A stretch of 64,000 nt of DNA from Candidatus Bathyarchaeota archaeon (GCA_963706285.1 CAVPLU010000010.1:160001-224000); one strand, 5' to 3'. Numbered from the stretch's first letter, positions 10,183-19,861 are shown. Translations and numbers: made by a program. Notes: generated from the letters alone by a model not told the origin.

Positions 10183-11514
10183 CTACATCTGGAATGGTAG
10201 CCGTTTCATCATCGCGCCTGGTCGGCGTTTGAGGCTTTTCATCATTTTCTTCATCATCGTGTACTGGTTCACGAGTTCCTTAACTTCCTTCTCAGTTCTT
10301 CCTGATCCTCTCGCGATTCTGCGGGCTCTTGAAGAGTCTATGATCTTTGGTTCCTCGACTTCCTCTCTTGTCATAGATTGGATCATGACACGCCAAGCGT
10401 CCATTTTTTCTTCAGCGTTCTCCATCGCGTCGTCGGGAACATTGTATGCTCCAGGTAGCATACCGAGGACCTTCTTGAGTGGGCCCATCTTGCGGACCGC
10501 CTCAAGCTGATCATACATGTCTTTCAGATTGAAGCGTCCTTCAAGCATCGCACGTGCTTTCTTCTCGGGTATTTGGATCTCAGCCTCGCGAACCTTTTCA
10601 ACCAGCGATGCAACATCGCCGATACCGAGGAGACGGCCGACGAAGTTGGAGGGGACAAACTGTTCAATATCGTCGGTTCCCTCACCAACGCTGATGAACT
10701 TGATCTTCGCGCCGGTCGCAGCTACCGCTGAGAGTGCGCCACCGCCCTTTGCTGTTCCATCAAGTTTTGTTACCAAAATCGATCCAATGTTGGTTGCTTC
10801 GTTGAAGGCTTTGGCTTGCGCCGTTGCGGCTTGTCCTATTGATCCATCCACTGCAAGAATGATCTCATTGGGTTTTGCCAGGTTCGCGAGCCGCTTCATC
10901 TCATCCATCAGCTGGGTTTCATTCTTGTGCCTGCCTGCAGTGTCGACTATGATGAGATCCTCTTTCTCCTTCTCAAAATGAGAGAAACCTTCCTTGACGA
11001 GTTTCTCAGGTGAGGGATCCTTCGGATTCCCGTATACCGGAATCGAGACTTTGCCTGCCAACTGTGCGAGTTGCTCATAGGCTCCCGGACGGAAGTTGTC
11101 TGCACAAATAATTCCGACGCGTAGTGCTCTCTTCTGATAGAACCGTGCAAGTTTCACTGCGGCCGTTGTCTTACCGGTTCCTTGAATTCCCACAAGCATG
11201 ATGACATGGGTTTTTCCCGGTGGTATAGTTGTCTTCGGCGCTTCCTCTCCGAGGAATCTTGTCAGTTCCTCATAGAGGACTTTTATGACGTGTTCTCGTC
11301 TTGAGATGCCAGGGGGAAGCTTCTCTTCAATCGCTCTCTTCTCGACATTTCGGGAGATTTGAAGTACCAGTTCCACATTCACGTCCGCCTGCAGCAACGC
11401 ACGCTGCAGGTCCTTGACGAGTTCCTTGATCGCCTTCTCATCAACGATTGGGAGTCTCAGCATTTTCCGGACCGCATCGCCGAGTGATTTGCTGAGGTCT
11501 CCTAACGCGCTCAA
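10183..11514 (-). CDS. srp54: Signal recognition particle protein SRP54
   Basis: GIQGTGKTT, DTAGRH, TKLDGTAKGGG, Met-rich M domain. Confidence 0.97.
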   Translation of the reverse strand: MSALGDLSKSLGDAVRKMLRLPIVDEKAIKELVKDLQRALLQADVNVELVLQISRNVEKRAIEEKLPPGISRREHVIKVLYEELTRFLGEEAPKTTIPPGKTHVIMLVGIQGTGKTTAAVKLARFYQKRALRVGIICADNFRPGAYEQLAQLAGKVSIPVYGNPKDPSPEKLVKEGFSHFEKEKEDLIIVDTAGRHKNETQLMDEMKRLANLAKPNEIILAVDGSIGQAATAQAKAFNEATNIGSILVTKLDGTAKGGGALSAVAATGAKIKFISVGEGTDDIEQFVPSNFVGRLLGIGDVASLVEKVREAEIQIPEKKARAMLEGRFNLKDMYDQLEAVRKMGPLKKVLGMLPGAYNVPDDAMENAEEKMDAWRVMIQSMTREEVEEPKIIDSSRARRIARGSGRTEKEVKELVNQYTMMKKMMKSLKRRPGAMMKRLPFQM

Positions 11515-11699
11515 ATGCGCAATCTCTCCGAAGGGTAAGGGTTGTCTGGTCTTGAAGTCTGGTCACTTATAGCCTCTTCATCTCTGCAGTTCTTTCTGCG
11601 ATTCATGACTCTAATTTCTCCTGTCACCGATTCCGTCGGAGCATGGATAGGTTCATTATTTGGTGAAGTTACTTCCCACATGATCTTGTCATAGGTCGA

Positions 11700-12449
11700 G
11701 TGCGCTTGCCAGATGATGTGAAGGTCGTAGAGAAAGGAACGATTCCCAAGAAGTTCACGCTCATCAATGGTCTACCCGATGTTGGCCTAGTCGGTTTGGT
11801 GGCAGCATCGCATATCGTATCTTCGCTTAAGATGGAAGAGGTCGGTTCCATAGAGTCAGACCTATTCCCTCCGATGATCGTACTCCATGATGGCCTTCCG
11901 AAGTCACCGATTAGATTGTACGCAAATCAGTCGCTGGTTGTGATAATGGCGGAGACCGCCATTCCCGCATTGCTGACAAGATCAGTGGCAAATGCCATTG
12001 TGAACTGGGCTGCTTCGCATAACGTAGAGATGATGCTCTCGATTGGCGGGATGGCCGTGCAGAATCGCCAAGACATTGACGTGCCAAAAGTCTTCGCAGC
12101 TATCTCCAACAAAGATCTTGAGAAGAAACTGGGCGATGCGGCGGAAGTGTTAGGCGAGGGATACATTGTCGGGGCTTACGCCCTGATGCTTAGAAAATGC
12201 GCTGAAATGAATATGCCCGCCATCACGTTGCTCACTCAGTCATTCTACAATTACCCTGACCCGGAGGCTGCTGCTGCCGCGCTCAATGCGTTGAACAAGA
12301 TCCTTGGTTTGAAAGTCCAAACCTCCGACCTTCTCCAGAAGGGCGAGGAGATCCGACTGCGAGCTAAAGATGTCATGAAGAGGACGCAAGCTGAGATGGC
12401 CAAGATGGGTAAGTCGCAGGAGTACGAGGTTCCAGCCCTGTATGGGTGA
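11700..12449 (+). CDS. PAC2-family proteasome assembly chaperone
   Basis: GLPDVGLVG, YPDPEAAA, C-terminal LYG (HbYX-like). Confidence 0.85.
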   Translation: MRLPDDVKVVEKGTIPKKFTLINGLPDVGLVGLVAASHIVSSLKMEEVGSIESDLFPPMIVLHDGLPKSPIRLYANQSLVVIMAETAIPALLTRSVANAIVNWAASHNVEMMLSIGGMAVQNRQDIDVPKVFAAISNKDLEKKLGDAAEVLGEGYIVGAYALMLRKCAEMNMPAITLLTQSFYNYPDPEAAAAALNALNKILGLKVQTSDLLQKGEEIRLRAKDVMKRTQAEMAKMGKSQEYEVPALYG

Positions 12450-12459
12450 GGGATGAAGA

Positions 12460-12867
12460 ATGTCGCATGATCTGAGAAAACACATTTTGGATGCAGTGGA
12501 TGAGTACTTCAAGCGAGCCGAGTTCATGGTCGAACGCGCCTTTATCTCCACCTGGAACGAGGCTGCCCAATGTATCGAGCCGCTCTACAACATTACCGTG
12601 GGCTCAAACGAGGTCATCGTGACTGTAGATCTACCGTATGTGAATCCTGAGGAAATCAATCTGAAGTTGCCTGCAGACGATACGGTTGAGATTGACGCAA
12701 ACACTAAACGACGAATAACGTTCGCCGACATGGGTGTGAGACACAGGGGTGGCCAATTCAAATCCTACCACGCTGTGGTCCATATGCCGGTTCCTGTAGT
12801 CGAGTCAGGAATGACTTCGAGATTCAAGCGCGGAGTCCTCGAAATCCGTCTGCCAAGACTCGTCTAG
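12460..12867 (+). CDS. Small heat-shock protein (Hsp20)
   Basis: VTVDLP and FKRGVLEIRLP alpha-crystallin motifs. Confidence 0.8.
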   Translation: MSHDLRKHILDAVDEYFKRAEFMVERAFISTWNEAAQCIEPLYNITVGSNEVIVTVDLPYVNPEEINLKLPADDTVEIDANTKRRITFADMGVRHRGGQFKSYHAVVHMPVPVVESGMTSRFKRGVLEIRLPRLV

Positions 12868-13790
12868 GTTGCCTTCTCCAAAGCCGCCAAACAGGCCATT
12901 GGGAAGAGCGTCGCTGCGTCTCCTATCACAGTCGTGGTGCGACTGTTCGGCTTGATTTTTCCCCAGCTCACAGCTTCATCCAGTGGCGCTCCGCTGAGTC
13001 CGCCCGGTTCGGGGCGGTCCATAGTAAACTGGACTGCCGCGTCAAGCCCGCCGCGAAACGTGTTAGCGAGCAGACTAAAGTGCTTCGGCATGCCACCCCC
13101 CAAAATGACGAGCCCGATCTTCTTGCTCTCGTACGTCAGCTCGACAATTTGACTGAAATCACGCATGGGATTGAGGTAGAGGGTATTGAGCTGTCCGAAA
13201 GTCCAAAGGTCGATACCAAACATCGAATCATGTAATCCAGGGCAAAAAATTGGAACTTTGCTTTGGGCAGCATTCCGGAGAATTGAGGCCGGATCTTTGA
13301 TTTGGTTGCCGATCTCGCGCAGCAATTCCCAAGGCGCAATGTTGCGTCTCTTATCTTCAGCGATCTTAGACGCGGCCTTGTAGGTGAACTTTTCCAGCGC
13401 GTTTATCGCCCGTTGAGAGACATACAGGTCATATATTCTATGCAGGCCTCGGCGGCTCAGTTTTCGGTCGTCAGAATCTTCCGCTCCGATCTCATGTCGG
13501 TGACCTAGAGCCTCAATCAGGTCATGCGTCACATTAGCGCCTGTCATGATAAGTGCATGGATTCGTCGACCAGTAACTAGGTCACTCACTAGCTCACGCA
13601 GTCCGCCTGGGACCATAGGCCCTGCAATTGCCATCATGTTTGTGTACCTAGTGTCCCTGAACATCGTCGCAAGGATTTCCACGGCTTCAGAGAATCTTCT
13701 AGGTCCTAGTACTCCCGAACGGCGCATCTGATCTGAGACTTCACTTAGCGTCATGCCCGCTCTGAGTTTCATATGCCTAACATAGGGCAT
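12864..13790 (-). CDS. dys: Deoxyhypusine synthase
   Basis: TGANVTHD, GGGMPKH, GGLSGA..EAVSWGK catalytic Lys; adjacent to eIF5A. Confidence 0.93.
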   Translation of the reverse strand: MPYVRHMKLRAGMTLSEVSDQMRRSGVLGPRRFSEAVEILATMFRDTRYTNMMAIAGPMVPGGLRELVSDLVTGRRIHALIMTGANVTHDLIEALGHRHEIGAEDSDDRKLSRRGLHRIYDLYVSQRAINALEKFTYKAASKIAEDKRRNIAPWELLREIGNQIKDPASILRNAAQSKVPIFCPGLHDSMFGIDLWTFGQLNTLYLNPMRDFSQIVELTYESKKIGLVILGGGMPKHFSLLANTFRGGLDAAVQFTMDRPEPGGLSGAPLDEAVSWGKIKPNSRTTTVIGDAATLFPMACLAALEKAT

Positions 13791-13833
13791 GAAGATGCCT
13801 CGTTCAGTGAGTTGCCCGCAGGCCAGTTTGATT

Positions 13834-14255
13834 CTAGCCTTTGGTTCTCACGATCTTCTTCTTGCCGAGCATTTCCCAGTATTCTATCTCTACGCCAGGT
13901 GCTAGTTTTGATTTGACTTCCTCATCATCTGGCTGGGGAGTTTCGAATGTCTCGTAGGATTGCAGGTCCATAATTTGAACAGAACTAGGCTGTACCGAGA
14001 TGATTTGGCCAGTCTTCTTGTCAATCATCGGAACCTCCAGTTTTCCATCGACCGGACTGATCACGTTACGTTTCTGGCCTGTGAGGACGCCCATTGCGAC
14101 GATCCTTGCTTTCGCGGAGCCGTGCTTGCCGTGTAGCGTTGTTCGCGCTACATTCCGGGTTTGCTCTTCTCGTACTCCACGATCTTGCAGGGTTCGCCTT
14201 CGATTACAACGTATTGTCCGATCTTCAACGAGCCTACATCGACTGGTTTGCTCAA
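13834..14255 (-). CDS. eif5a: Translation factor aIF5A/eIF5A in two exons (14255-14153, 14126-13834), 131 aa when joined
   Basis: Exon 1 [34 protein letters not shown]; exon 2 (K)[13 protein letters not shown]...[13 protein letters not shown]; 422-26=396 nt, in frame. Confidence 0.92.
14127..14152 (-). other. Candidate 26-nt bulge-helix-bulge-type mRNA intron in eIF5A
   Basis: mRNA-sense UGUAGCG-CGAACAA-CGCUACA-CGGCA; perfect 7-bp hairpin, in-frame UAG, excision restores GKHG. Confidence 0.75.
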
Positions 14256-14457
14256 CGCGAGTTCCTCAATTCATGCAGGTTGACTAGGGGCGCTTCTAAA
14301 AAGCTTCCGAGAATAGACTCATGAATAAAATCATCGCGTAAGTCATCTGTCTTCAAATCTATCCGATCCTCCGTGTACGATGATCCTCTTTCTCCGCGAG
14401 GGTTTTGCATACCATAAATAGTGGGTTGGATCTCTAGGGTATGCGAGCGGTCCTGTT

Positions 14458-15297
14458 TTGGTCACCAAAGTTGGTCTCGTTTCTAGACTCGACGAAGACG
14501 CTGCCCTGAAGGTCGCGTTGAGACTCTACAAGAACATGACCAAGAAAGGGATCAAGGTACTGCCCGAGGAGCAGCTCGCCCAGATTGCGAAGCTACCTGG
14601 AGGCGTCTCGTTCTCAAAGATGGATGCTGACCTAATTGTTACTGTGGGCGGGGACGGGACCGTTCTCAAGACTTGCATGTCTATTCCGAGGGCTGAGACT
14701 CCGATATTGGCGGTCAACATGGGTAGGAGGGGATACCTTACAGAAGTCGACCCTGAGGGTGCAATGCATGCCGTTGAGAGTTGCATCAAGGGTACCAGCA
14801 AGAAGGAAGAGCGGACGAAGCTCTCCGCGACCATCGAGGGAGAAAGTCCCATCGACGGATTGAACGAAGTTGTGATATCTTCCGGAACTCCATCGAAAAT
14901 GCTTCACTTCATGGTATCAGTCGACTCGTCGCAACTGGAGTTTCGCAGCGACGGCCTTATTGTATCGACACCGACTGGATCAACGGCGTATTCTCTCTCC
15001 GCGAACGGTCCGATCATGGACAACTCTGTAGAGGCCTTTGTCGTGACGTTCATCTGTCCTCTTGAACATCTCACACCTCTGATTGTGTCCATGGAGAACA
15101 GAATCAAAATCGAGTTAATGGATCCCAAATTGAAGGGAACACTAGTTGTGGACGGACGAGTCCAAAGGGAACTACAGCCCCAGACATCAGTCATAGTCAC
15201 TCGATCATCTCACAAAGCAGTGTTAGTCCGCCTCGGGCCAATTCGCTCCCTTAGAGGCCTCATGCGTCTTCGCCCAGTTCCCAGAGACACTTGGTAA
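14458..15297 (+). CDS. nadK: NAD kinase
   Basis: GGDGT, NE, DGLIVSTPTGSTAYSLS. Confidence 0.93.
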   Translation: MVTKVGLVSRLDEDAALKVALRLYKNMTKKGIKVLPEEQLAQIAKLPGGVSFSKMDADLIVTVGGDGTVLKTCMSIPRAETPILAVNMGRRGYLTEVDPEGAMHAVESCIKGTSKKEERTKLSATIEGESPIDGLNEVVISSGTPSKMLHFMVSVDSSQLEFRSDGLIVSTPTGSTAYSLSANGPIMDNSVEAFVVTFICPLEHLTPLIVSMENRIKIELMDPKLKGTLVVDGRVQRELQPQTSVIVTRSSHKAVLVRLGPIRSLRGLMRLRPVPRDTW

Positions 15298-15382
15298 CAG
15301 CTCACTCAAGCCTTATTTGAACGAAATATACGTCGACTTTCTACGTGAATCTGATCCCTGAGCTTTGGATAGCGGCGATTGA

Positions 15383-15949
15383 TTGGATCTACCAAACGAG
15401 AATAAGGTTAGAGTCCTAGTCCTCGACACTTCGGCTCTGGTTATGGGATTAGATCCATCTGGGCTTAACGTGCCTACGTACTCAGTCCCAAGCGTCATGG
15501 ATGAATTGATTCCAGACACCCTACCTCATACTAGGTTCAGCGCATCCATGAACGCAGGTCGTCTGGTCGTCGAAAGACCGACCCCATCTTCCATGAAAGT
15601 CGCGCAGGAGACTTCATCAAAAGTAGGCGATGCAAACGTACTGTCAAAGGCGGACACTGAAGTCATCGCTCTCGCAGTAGATCTGAGAAACAACGGACTA
15701 TTTCCCGCGATTGTCAGCGATGACTACGCAGTTCAGAACGTGTCAGAGACTTTGGGAATAGAACACGCTTCGCTCGCAAATTTCGGTATAGTTCGCAAGT
15801 TCGATTGGATCTACTATTGCCCCGCCTGTTTCAGAAGATATGGGATAGAAGATGCAGGTCAGGCGTGCAGGATATGCGGGACCCGCCTGAAGAGGAAGGT
15901 TGTAAGGAAAGAGAATGCCACTAGGAAGGTTGGTCGTAACCAAGCGTAA
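15383..15949 (+). CDS. nob1: Nob1-family PIN endonuclease with Zn ribbon
   Basis: VLDTSA, LSKAD, SDDYAVQN, CPAC..CRICG. Confidence 0.88.
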   Translation: MDLPNENKVRVLVLDTSALVMGLDPSGLNVPTYSVPSVMDELIPDTLPHTRFSASMNAGRLVVERPTPSSMKVAQETSSKVGDANVLSKADTEVIALAVDLRNNGLFPAIVSDDYAVQNVSETLGIEHASLANFGIVRKFDWIYYCPACFRRYGIEDAGQACRICGTRLKRKVVRKENATRKVGRNQA

Positions 15950-15970
15950 GAAGAGGATCTGCAGGCCCTG

Positions 15971-16894
15971 TCAGATGAGTTTGGTCTTGCGTGCGTAGTG
16001 GAATAGATACAGTTGAACATAGCCTGCCCATGGTCCGTATCGTTCTCGGAGGAATTTCGCGACCTTCTCTGTGCTGATATTGGCGCCGTGAAAATACATT
16101 TTGCGAACTATCCTATGGATCCATATGTCCACCGGAGCAGCTTCGGTTTTTCCCAAACCGTAGAGGAGAAAACAGTCAGCCACTTTTGGTCCGATTCCAG
16201 GCAATTCCATCAATATCGCCTTTGCTGTTTCGTAGTCTTGGCGACGTAGTTCCTCCAGGTTGAGTTCTCCATCTCGGACTCTGCGAGCGGCTTCGATGAC
16301 GTACTTCGTGCGATATGTCAGCCCAGTTCTCTCAAGATCTTGTTCACTGGCGGCTGCGAGCGCCTCCGGTTTAGGGAAAATGTGGATTGTTGAACCGTCA
16401 GTCAATCGTGCGGGTCGGCCGTAAGTGTTTCTGATCAATTTCACAGTTTTCGTCCAAAGAACTATCGAGTTGTGCTGTGTTGAGATCGAGCTGATTAGAC
16501 TCTCAAACGGGTTGTTGCCGCGCATCAGTCTGAGACCAACAAGTTGTGGAAAGGTTTTGGAAACGACATCACCATTCTTTTCATCGAACGTTAGGTAGAA
16601 GGCATTCAGATCATCATCAAGTCTCAGAACATTGACTATGTGATCTGTCACTGTTTTTGCGAGGTCCGCGCCGTTATCGTCTGAGGTCATAGTGATCTTG
16701 AGGTGGGGTTCTTCTCTAGTCCCGGTCTGGCGGATACGATATCTTACGGCTCTACCTCCGAAATCCTCCACATCCGTGTAGTATCCTTCTTCGAGATCCC
16801 ATTGTGGTTCGCTGGTTTGGCCGCTCATCAAGGTGGTCTCAAGATCTAGTGGTCCCAGTATCTGTTCGCAGGAGATATCGGCTTCCTCGTACAA
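15971..16894 (-). CDS. 8-oxoguanine DNA glycosylase (Ogg1-type HhH-GPD)
   Basis: LDLETTLMSGQ N-domain, LPGIGPKVADC, PVDIWI, AGYVQLYLF. Confidence 0.85.
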   Translation of the reverse strand: MYEEADISCEQILGPLDLETTLMSGQTSEPQWDLEEGYYTDVEDFGGRAVRYRIRQTGTREEPHLKITMTSDDNGADLAKTVTDHIVNVLRLDDDLNAFYLTFDEKNGDVVSKTFPQLVGLRLMRGNNPFESLISSISTQHNSIVLWTKTVKLIRNTYGRPARLTDGSTIHIFPKPEALAAASEQDLERTGLTYRTKYVIEAARRVRDGELNLEELRRQDYETAKAILMELPGIGPKVADCFLLYGLGKTEAAPVDIWIHRIVRKMYFHGANISTEKVAKFLRERYGPWAGYVQLYLFHYARKTKLI

Positions 16895-16946
16895 TACACT
16901 TCACCAAGTGGACTGAGCGTGAGTCAAAGTTATTCGTGCAGAAAAT

Positions 16947-17243
16947 TCAAAGTGCTTCTTCCCGTTGCGTCTGCTCGTTCCAGACTTTCCTAATCTTCTC
17001 CTCTTCTTCAGCCTTCACTAGAAGCGATCTTCTTGAGTCTTTCAGCGGTATGACGAAATACTCTCCAATGGTTCCGTCTTCTCCTTTCAGCGTGAGCTTC
17101 GTCTTCTTGTCGGCCAACTTCATGGTTTCAGGGTCAAGATACTTGCACATCACGAAAGACCCGCGTGACTGAAGTGTTCTGACTTCGAGTTTTCCTGATT
17201 TGCCTTTCGTTAGGACTTCATTAGAGAAGTCCATATGGATCAA
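16947..17243 (-). CDS. Hypothetical protein
   Basis: Clean ORF in a co-oriented run; antisense ORF less plausible. Confidence 0.65.
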   Translation of the reverse strand: MIHMDFSNEVLTKGKSGKLEVRTLQSRGSFVMCKYLDPETMKLADKKTKLTLKGEDGTIGEYFVIPLKDSRRSLLVKAEEEEKIRKVWNEQTQREEAL

Positions 17244-17295
17244 GGAATGCCGATCTAGTTGTTGTCCGGGTTAAGTTTTGCTGTTTAGATATCAC

Positions 17296-18462
17296 TTACC
17301 GAAGCTGTCGTTCGAGGAGGGCGATGAAGAAGCCTGCGTCGTGTTTGTGCGGGTGAAATCTCTGACATTGTTCCGTGGGTTTGCCTTCTATTGGAATCGC
17401 TCTATCGCCTAGCATGGGTGACTGCGCTTGGATGGATAGGTTGCAGTGCGTGGTGGCATGAAGTACGTTCTGCTCGCATTCCTGTAGGGTGAGTGTGCAG
17501 ACGCTGTAGACGATCCGTCCGCCAGGCTTTATGATTCTAGATGCTTCTTCAAGGAATTGTTTCTGGTATCTGGCGAGTGCTTCGATCTCGCTTTTGGGAG
17601 CGTACTCGTAGATCTTTGGCATTATCCCGAGAGCGCTGCAGGGGGGATCGACGAGAATTTTGTCCGGTTTGAGTGTCGGATGATCATGCGAAAGGTATCT
17701 GCTATCGTGCACGAATAGAGTGACATTTGAGCAACCTAACCTGGAGCATGTCTCCATTGTTTCGTCGATCTTGCGTCTATTGCGATCCACGCCAATGACT
17801 CGACCTTGATTCCCCATCAGTTGAGAGATGTGTGAGAGCTTTCCCCCTGGCGAGCATGTCATGTCGAGGACAAGATCGGTCGGCTTAGGGTCTAATACTC
17901 TGCTTGTGACAATGGCCGGAAGAGACTGTGGATAGATCAGACCTTCTCGGAATTCACGTGTTTCGCGAAAGCTTGGAACCTTGTATTTCGATTCTGTCAC
18001 TTCTACTGCGAGTCCTTTTCTGAAGGTAAGGATCTGAGTTTCATTCATGCGGGCAATGCCAGATGCGAGGGTTTCACCTTCGTCGTCAATTATGTTCACG
18101 CTGTCACCGATTCGAATTCCTTTGCACCTCGCAACCCCAGGAGCATAAACATTGGCGCCTTGCAGAACTGATTCCGCTGTGAATTTGTCAGCCATCACTT
18201 TCTTCGGACGCGCTGATACTTCGAACGGTCCCTGAATGGGGACCCACAATGCTTCAGGGATCAGTTCGTGCTGTGATATGTCGAACCCTCTTTCGATTAG
18301 CCTCGCAGCCACTTCCTTCGGGGTTGTCTTGACCATGTTTGCTCTCACGAAGTAGCGTTTCCCCGGTGTCTTGAGAGCTTGAACCACAGTTTCAAGCTCG
18401 GAACCGTACACTGGAAGAAGCTCTCCCAACGTCTCTTCTGAGAACTTGAACAACTCAGACAT
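17296..18462 (-). CDS. RsmB/NOL1-family RNA m5C methyltransferase with PUA domain (NSUN6-like)
   Basis: PUA segment GANVYAPGV, DMTCSPGGK, DPPCSALG, YSVCT. Confidence 0.9.
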   Translation of the reverse strand: MSELFKFSEETLGELLPVYGSELETVVQALKTPGKRYFVRANMVKTTPKEVAARLIERGFDISQHELIPEALWVPIQGPFEVSARPKKVMADKFTAESVLQGANVYAPGVARCKGIRIGDSVNIIDDEGETLASGIARMNETQILTFRKGLAVEVTESKYKVPSFRETREFREGLIYPQSLPAIVTSRVLDPKPTDLVLDMTCSPGGKLSHISQLMGNQGRVIGVDRNRRKIDETMETCSRLGCSNVTLFVHDSRYLSHDHPTLKPDKILVDPPCSALGIMPKIYEYAPKSEIEALARYQKQFLEEASRIIKPGGRIVYSVCTLTLQECEQNVLHATTHCNLSIQAQSPMLGDRAIPIEGKPTEQCQRFHPHKHDAGFFIALLERQLR

Positions 18463-18535
18463 CTCTCGAAGATCAGAGGACTGTCTAGAGACTGGTTTCA
18501 GTGGTTCTTCGCTTCCCTGCTATTCGTTGATCCAA

Positions 18536-19030
18536 TCAGATTGAGATCAGGCGTGCACTTCTTTCCGCTGTGTTCAGAACTGCGAACGTACTTTTCCCGG
18601 TCAAATAGCCACAGATCTCTCCTGGGTTAATCACCAATGTGTGCCCTTCCTTGATCACTTGAGCCTGGTGGGTGTGCCCGAATGCGACCACGTCGTAGCC
18701 ACCGGAATTTATCAGTGATTTCAGCATCTCATCTTCGTCACCGTGAATCAGTGCTATCCTCAGATTGTCGACTTTGACATCTGCAAATCTTCCCCTGATC
18801 TCATGCCCTGCCTCTGCGAACCTGTCTCTCAGGGCGATTCTTTCAGCGTCGTTATTGCCGAGGACTCCGATCATGCGAGACTTCAGTGACTTGTAGGAGT
18901 CGGTGACGAATGGCGCGGAGTAGTCGCCAGCGTGAAGCACTAGTTCGACTGGATCAGAATTTAGCCGATTGACTGCATCCTTTATTCTTGGTAGGCAATC
19001 ATGGGAGTCAGCAACTATCCCAATCTGCAA
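18536..19030 (-). CDS. YfcE/MJ0936-family phosphodiesterase
   Basis: DSHD, HAGD, GNND, HG, GHTH, NPGE. Confidence 0.9.
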   Translation of the reverse strand: MQIGIVADSHDCLPRIKDAVNRLNSDPVELVLHAGDYSAPFVTDSYKSLKSRMIGVLGNNDAERIALRDRFAEAGHEIRGRFADVKVDNLRIALIHGDEDEMLKSLINSGGYDVVAFGHTHQAQVIKEGHTLVINPGEICGYLTGKSTFAVLNTAERSARLISI

Positions 19031-19109
19031 TTTTGAACCATTCCTAGGTCTTGACCCGCTTCATGATCGGCAGAGGCTAATGTTGCATTCGGTCAGCGTT
19101 TCAGGTTGA

Positions 19110-19754
19110 TCAATACCTGACAAGCTCCGCGGTCTTTCGTGCCAATCTGAGGTCCATAGATGCATTGGAGAGAAGCGGCTCGCCGTGACCCGGCAGCATG
19201 ACCTGAACATCTAAGAGGCATAGCCTGTCAAGTGAATCGATGAGCTTCCTCAAGTCTCCTGAAGGAAGATCCGTTCTTCCAAAATTCCCTCCAGGAAAGG
19301 CCGTGTCGCCTGTGAGTACGAGTTCATTATCGTGCAGGCACACGCTTCCTCCAGTATGTCCGGGAGTGTGAAGCACTCTCAGATCTCGTCCGCCTAGTCG
19401 GATCATGTCGCCATCTTTCAGGTAGTTGAGCGGTTTGATCTCGAAATATTCCAGCCCGGCAGCGTCGTTCTCATGGACGAAGACTTCAGGTGAGGAATGC
19501 TGCAGAATTTCGGGTAGTCCTCCTATGTGATCTGCGTGGCCATGAGTTATGACGACTTTGGTTACGTTCTCGATCTCCAAGCCAAGCCTCTCGAGGCTGG
19601 AACTGATCCTGTTGGGCCCTATCCACGACCCAGTATCAACAAGTGAGATCTTCCCATCTTCGACGAATGCATAGATGTTCGAGCAGAGGTCGATCCCTTC
19701 GATGAAGTAGATGTCTTTCAGCGAAGGATTATGCTCGCCTAGACTCGCTGACAT
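19110..19754 (-). CDS. Metallo-beta-lactamase-fold hydrolase
   Basis: THGHADHIGG, HTPGHT, TGD, PGHG. Confidence 0.9.
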   Translation of the reverse strand: MSASLGEHNPSLKDIYFIEGIDLCSNIYAFVEDGKISLVDTGSWIGPNRISSSLERLGLEIENVTKVVITHGHADHIGGLPEILQHSSPEVFVHENDAAGLEYFEIKPLNYLKDGDMIRLGGRDLRVLHTPGHTGGSVCLHDNELVLTGDTAFPGGNFGRTDLPSGDLRKLIDSLDRLCLLDVQVMLPGHGEPLLSNASMDLRLARKTAELVRY

Positions 19755-19861
19755 TTTGCTCCTCAGGCACCTATTCTGTGAGTCGATCTTGCGGAAAAGA
19801 CAAGAGTATCGACCTCATTGGCTTTGCATAACCTTTGATTCAGTAGAAGAAGGATTCGACT

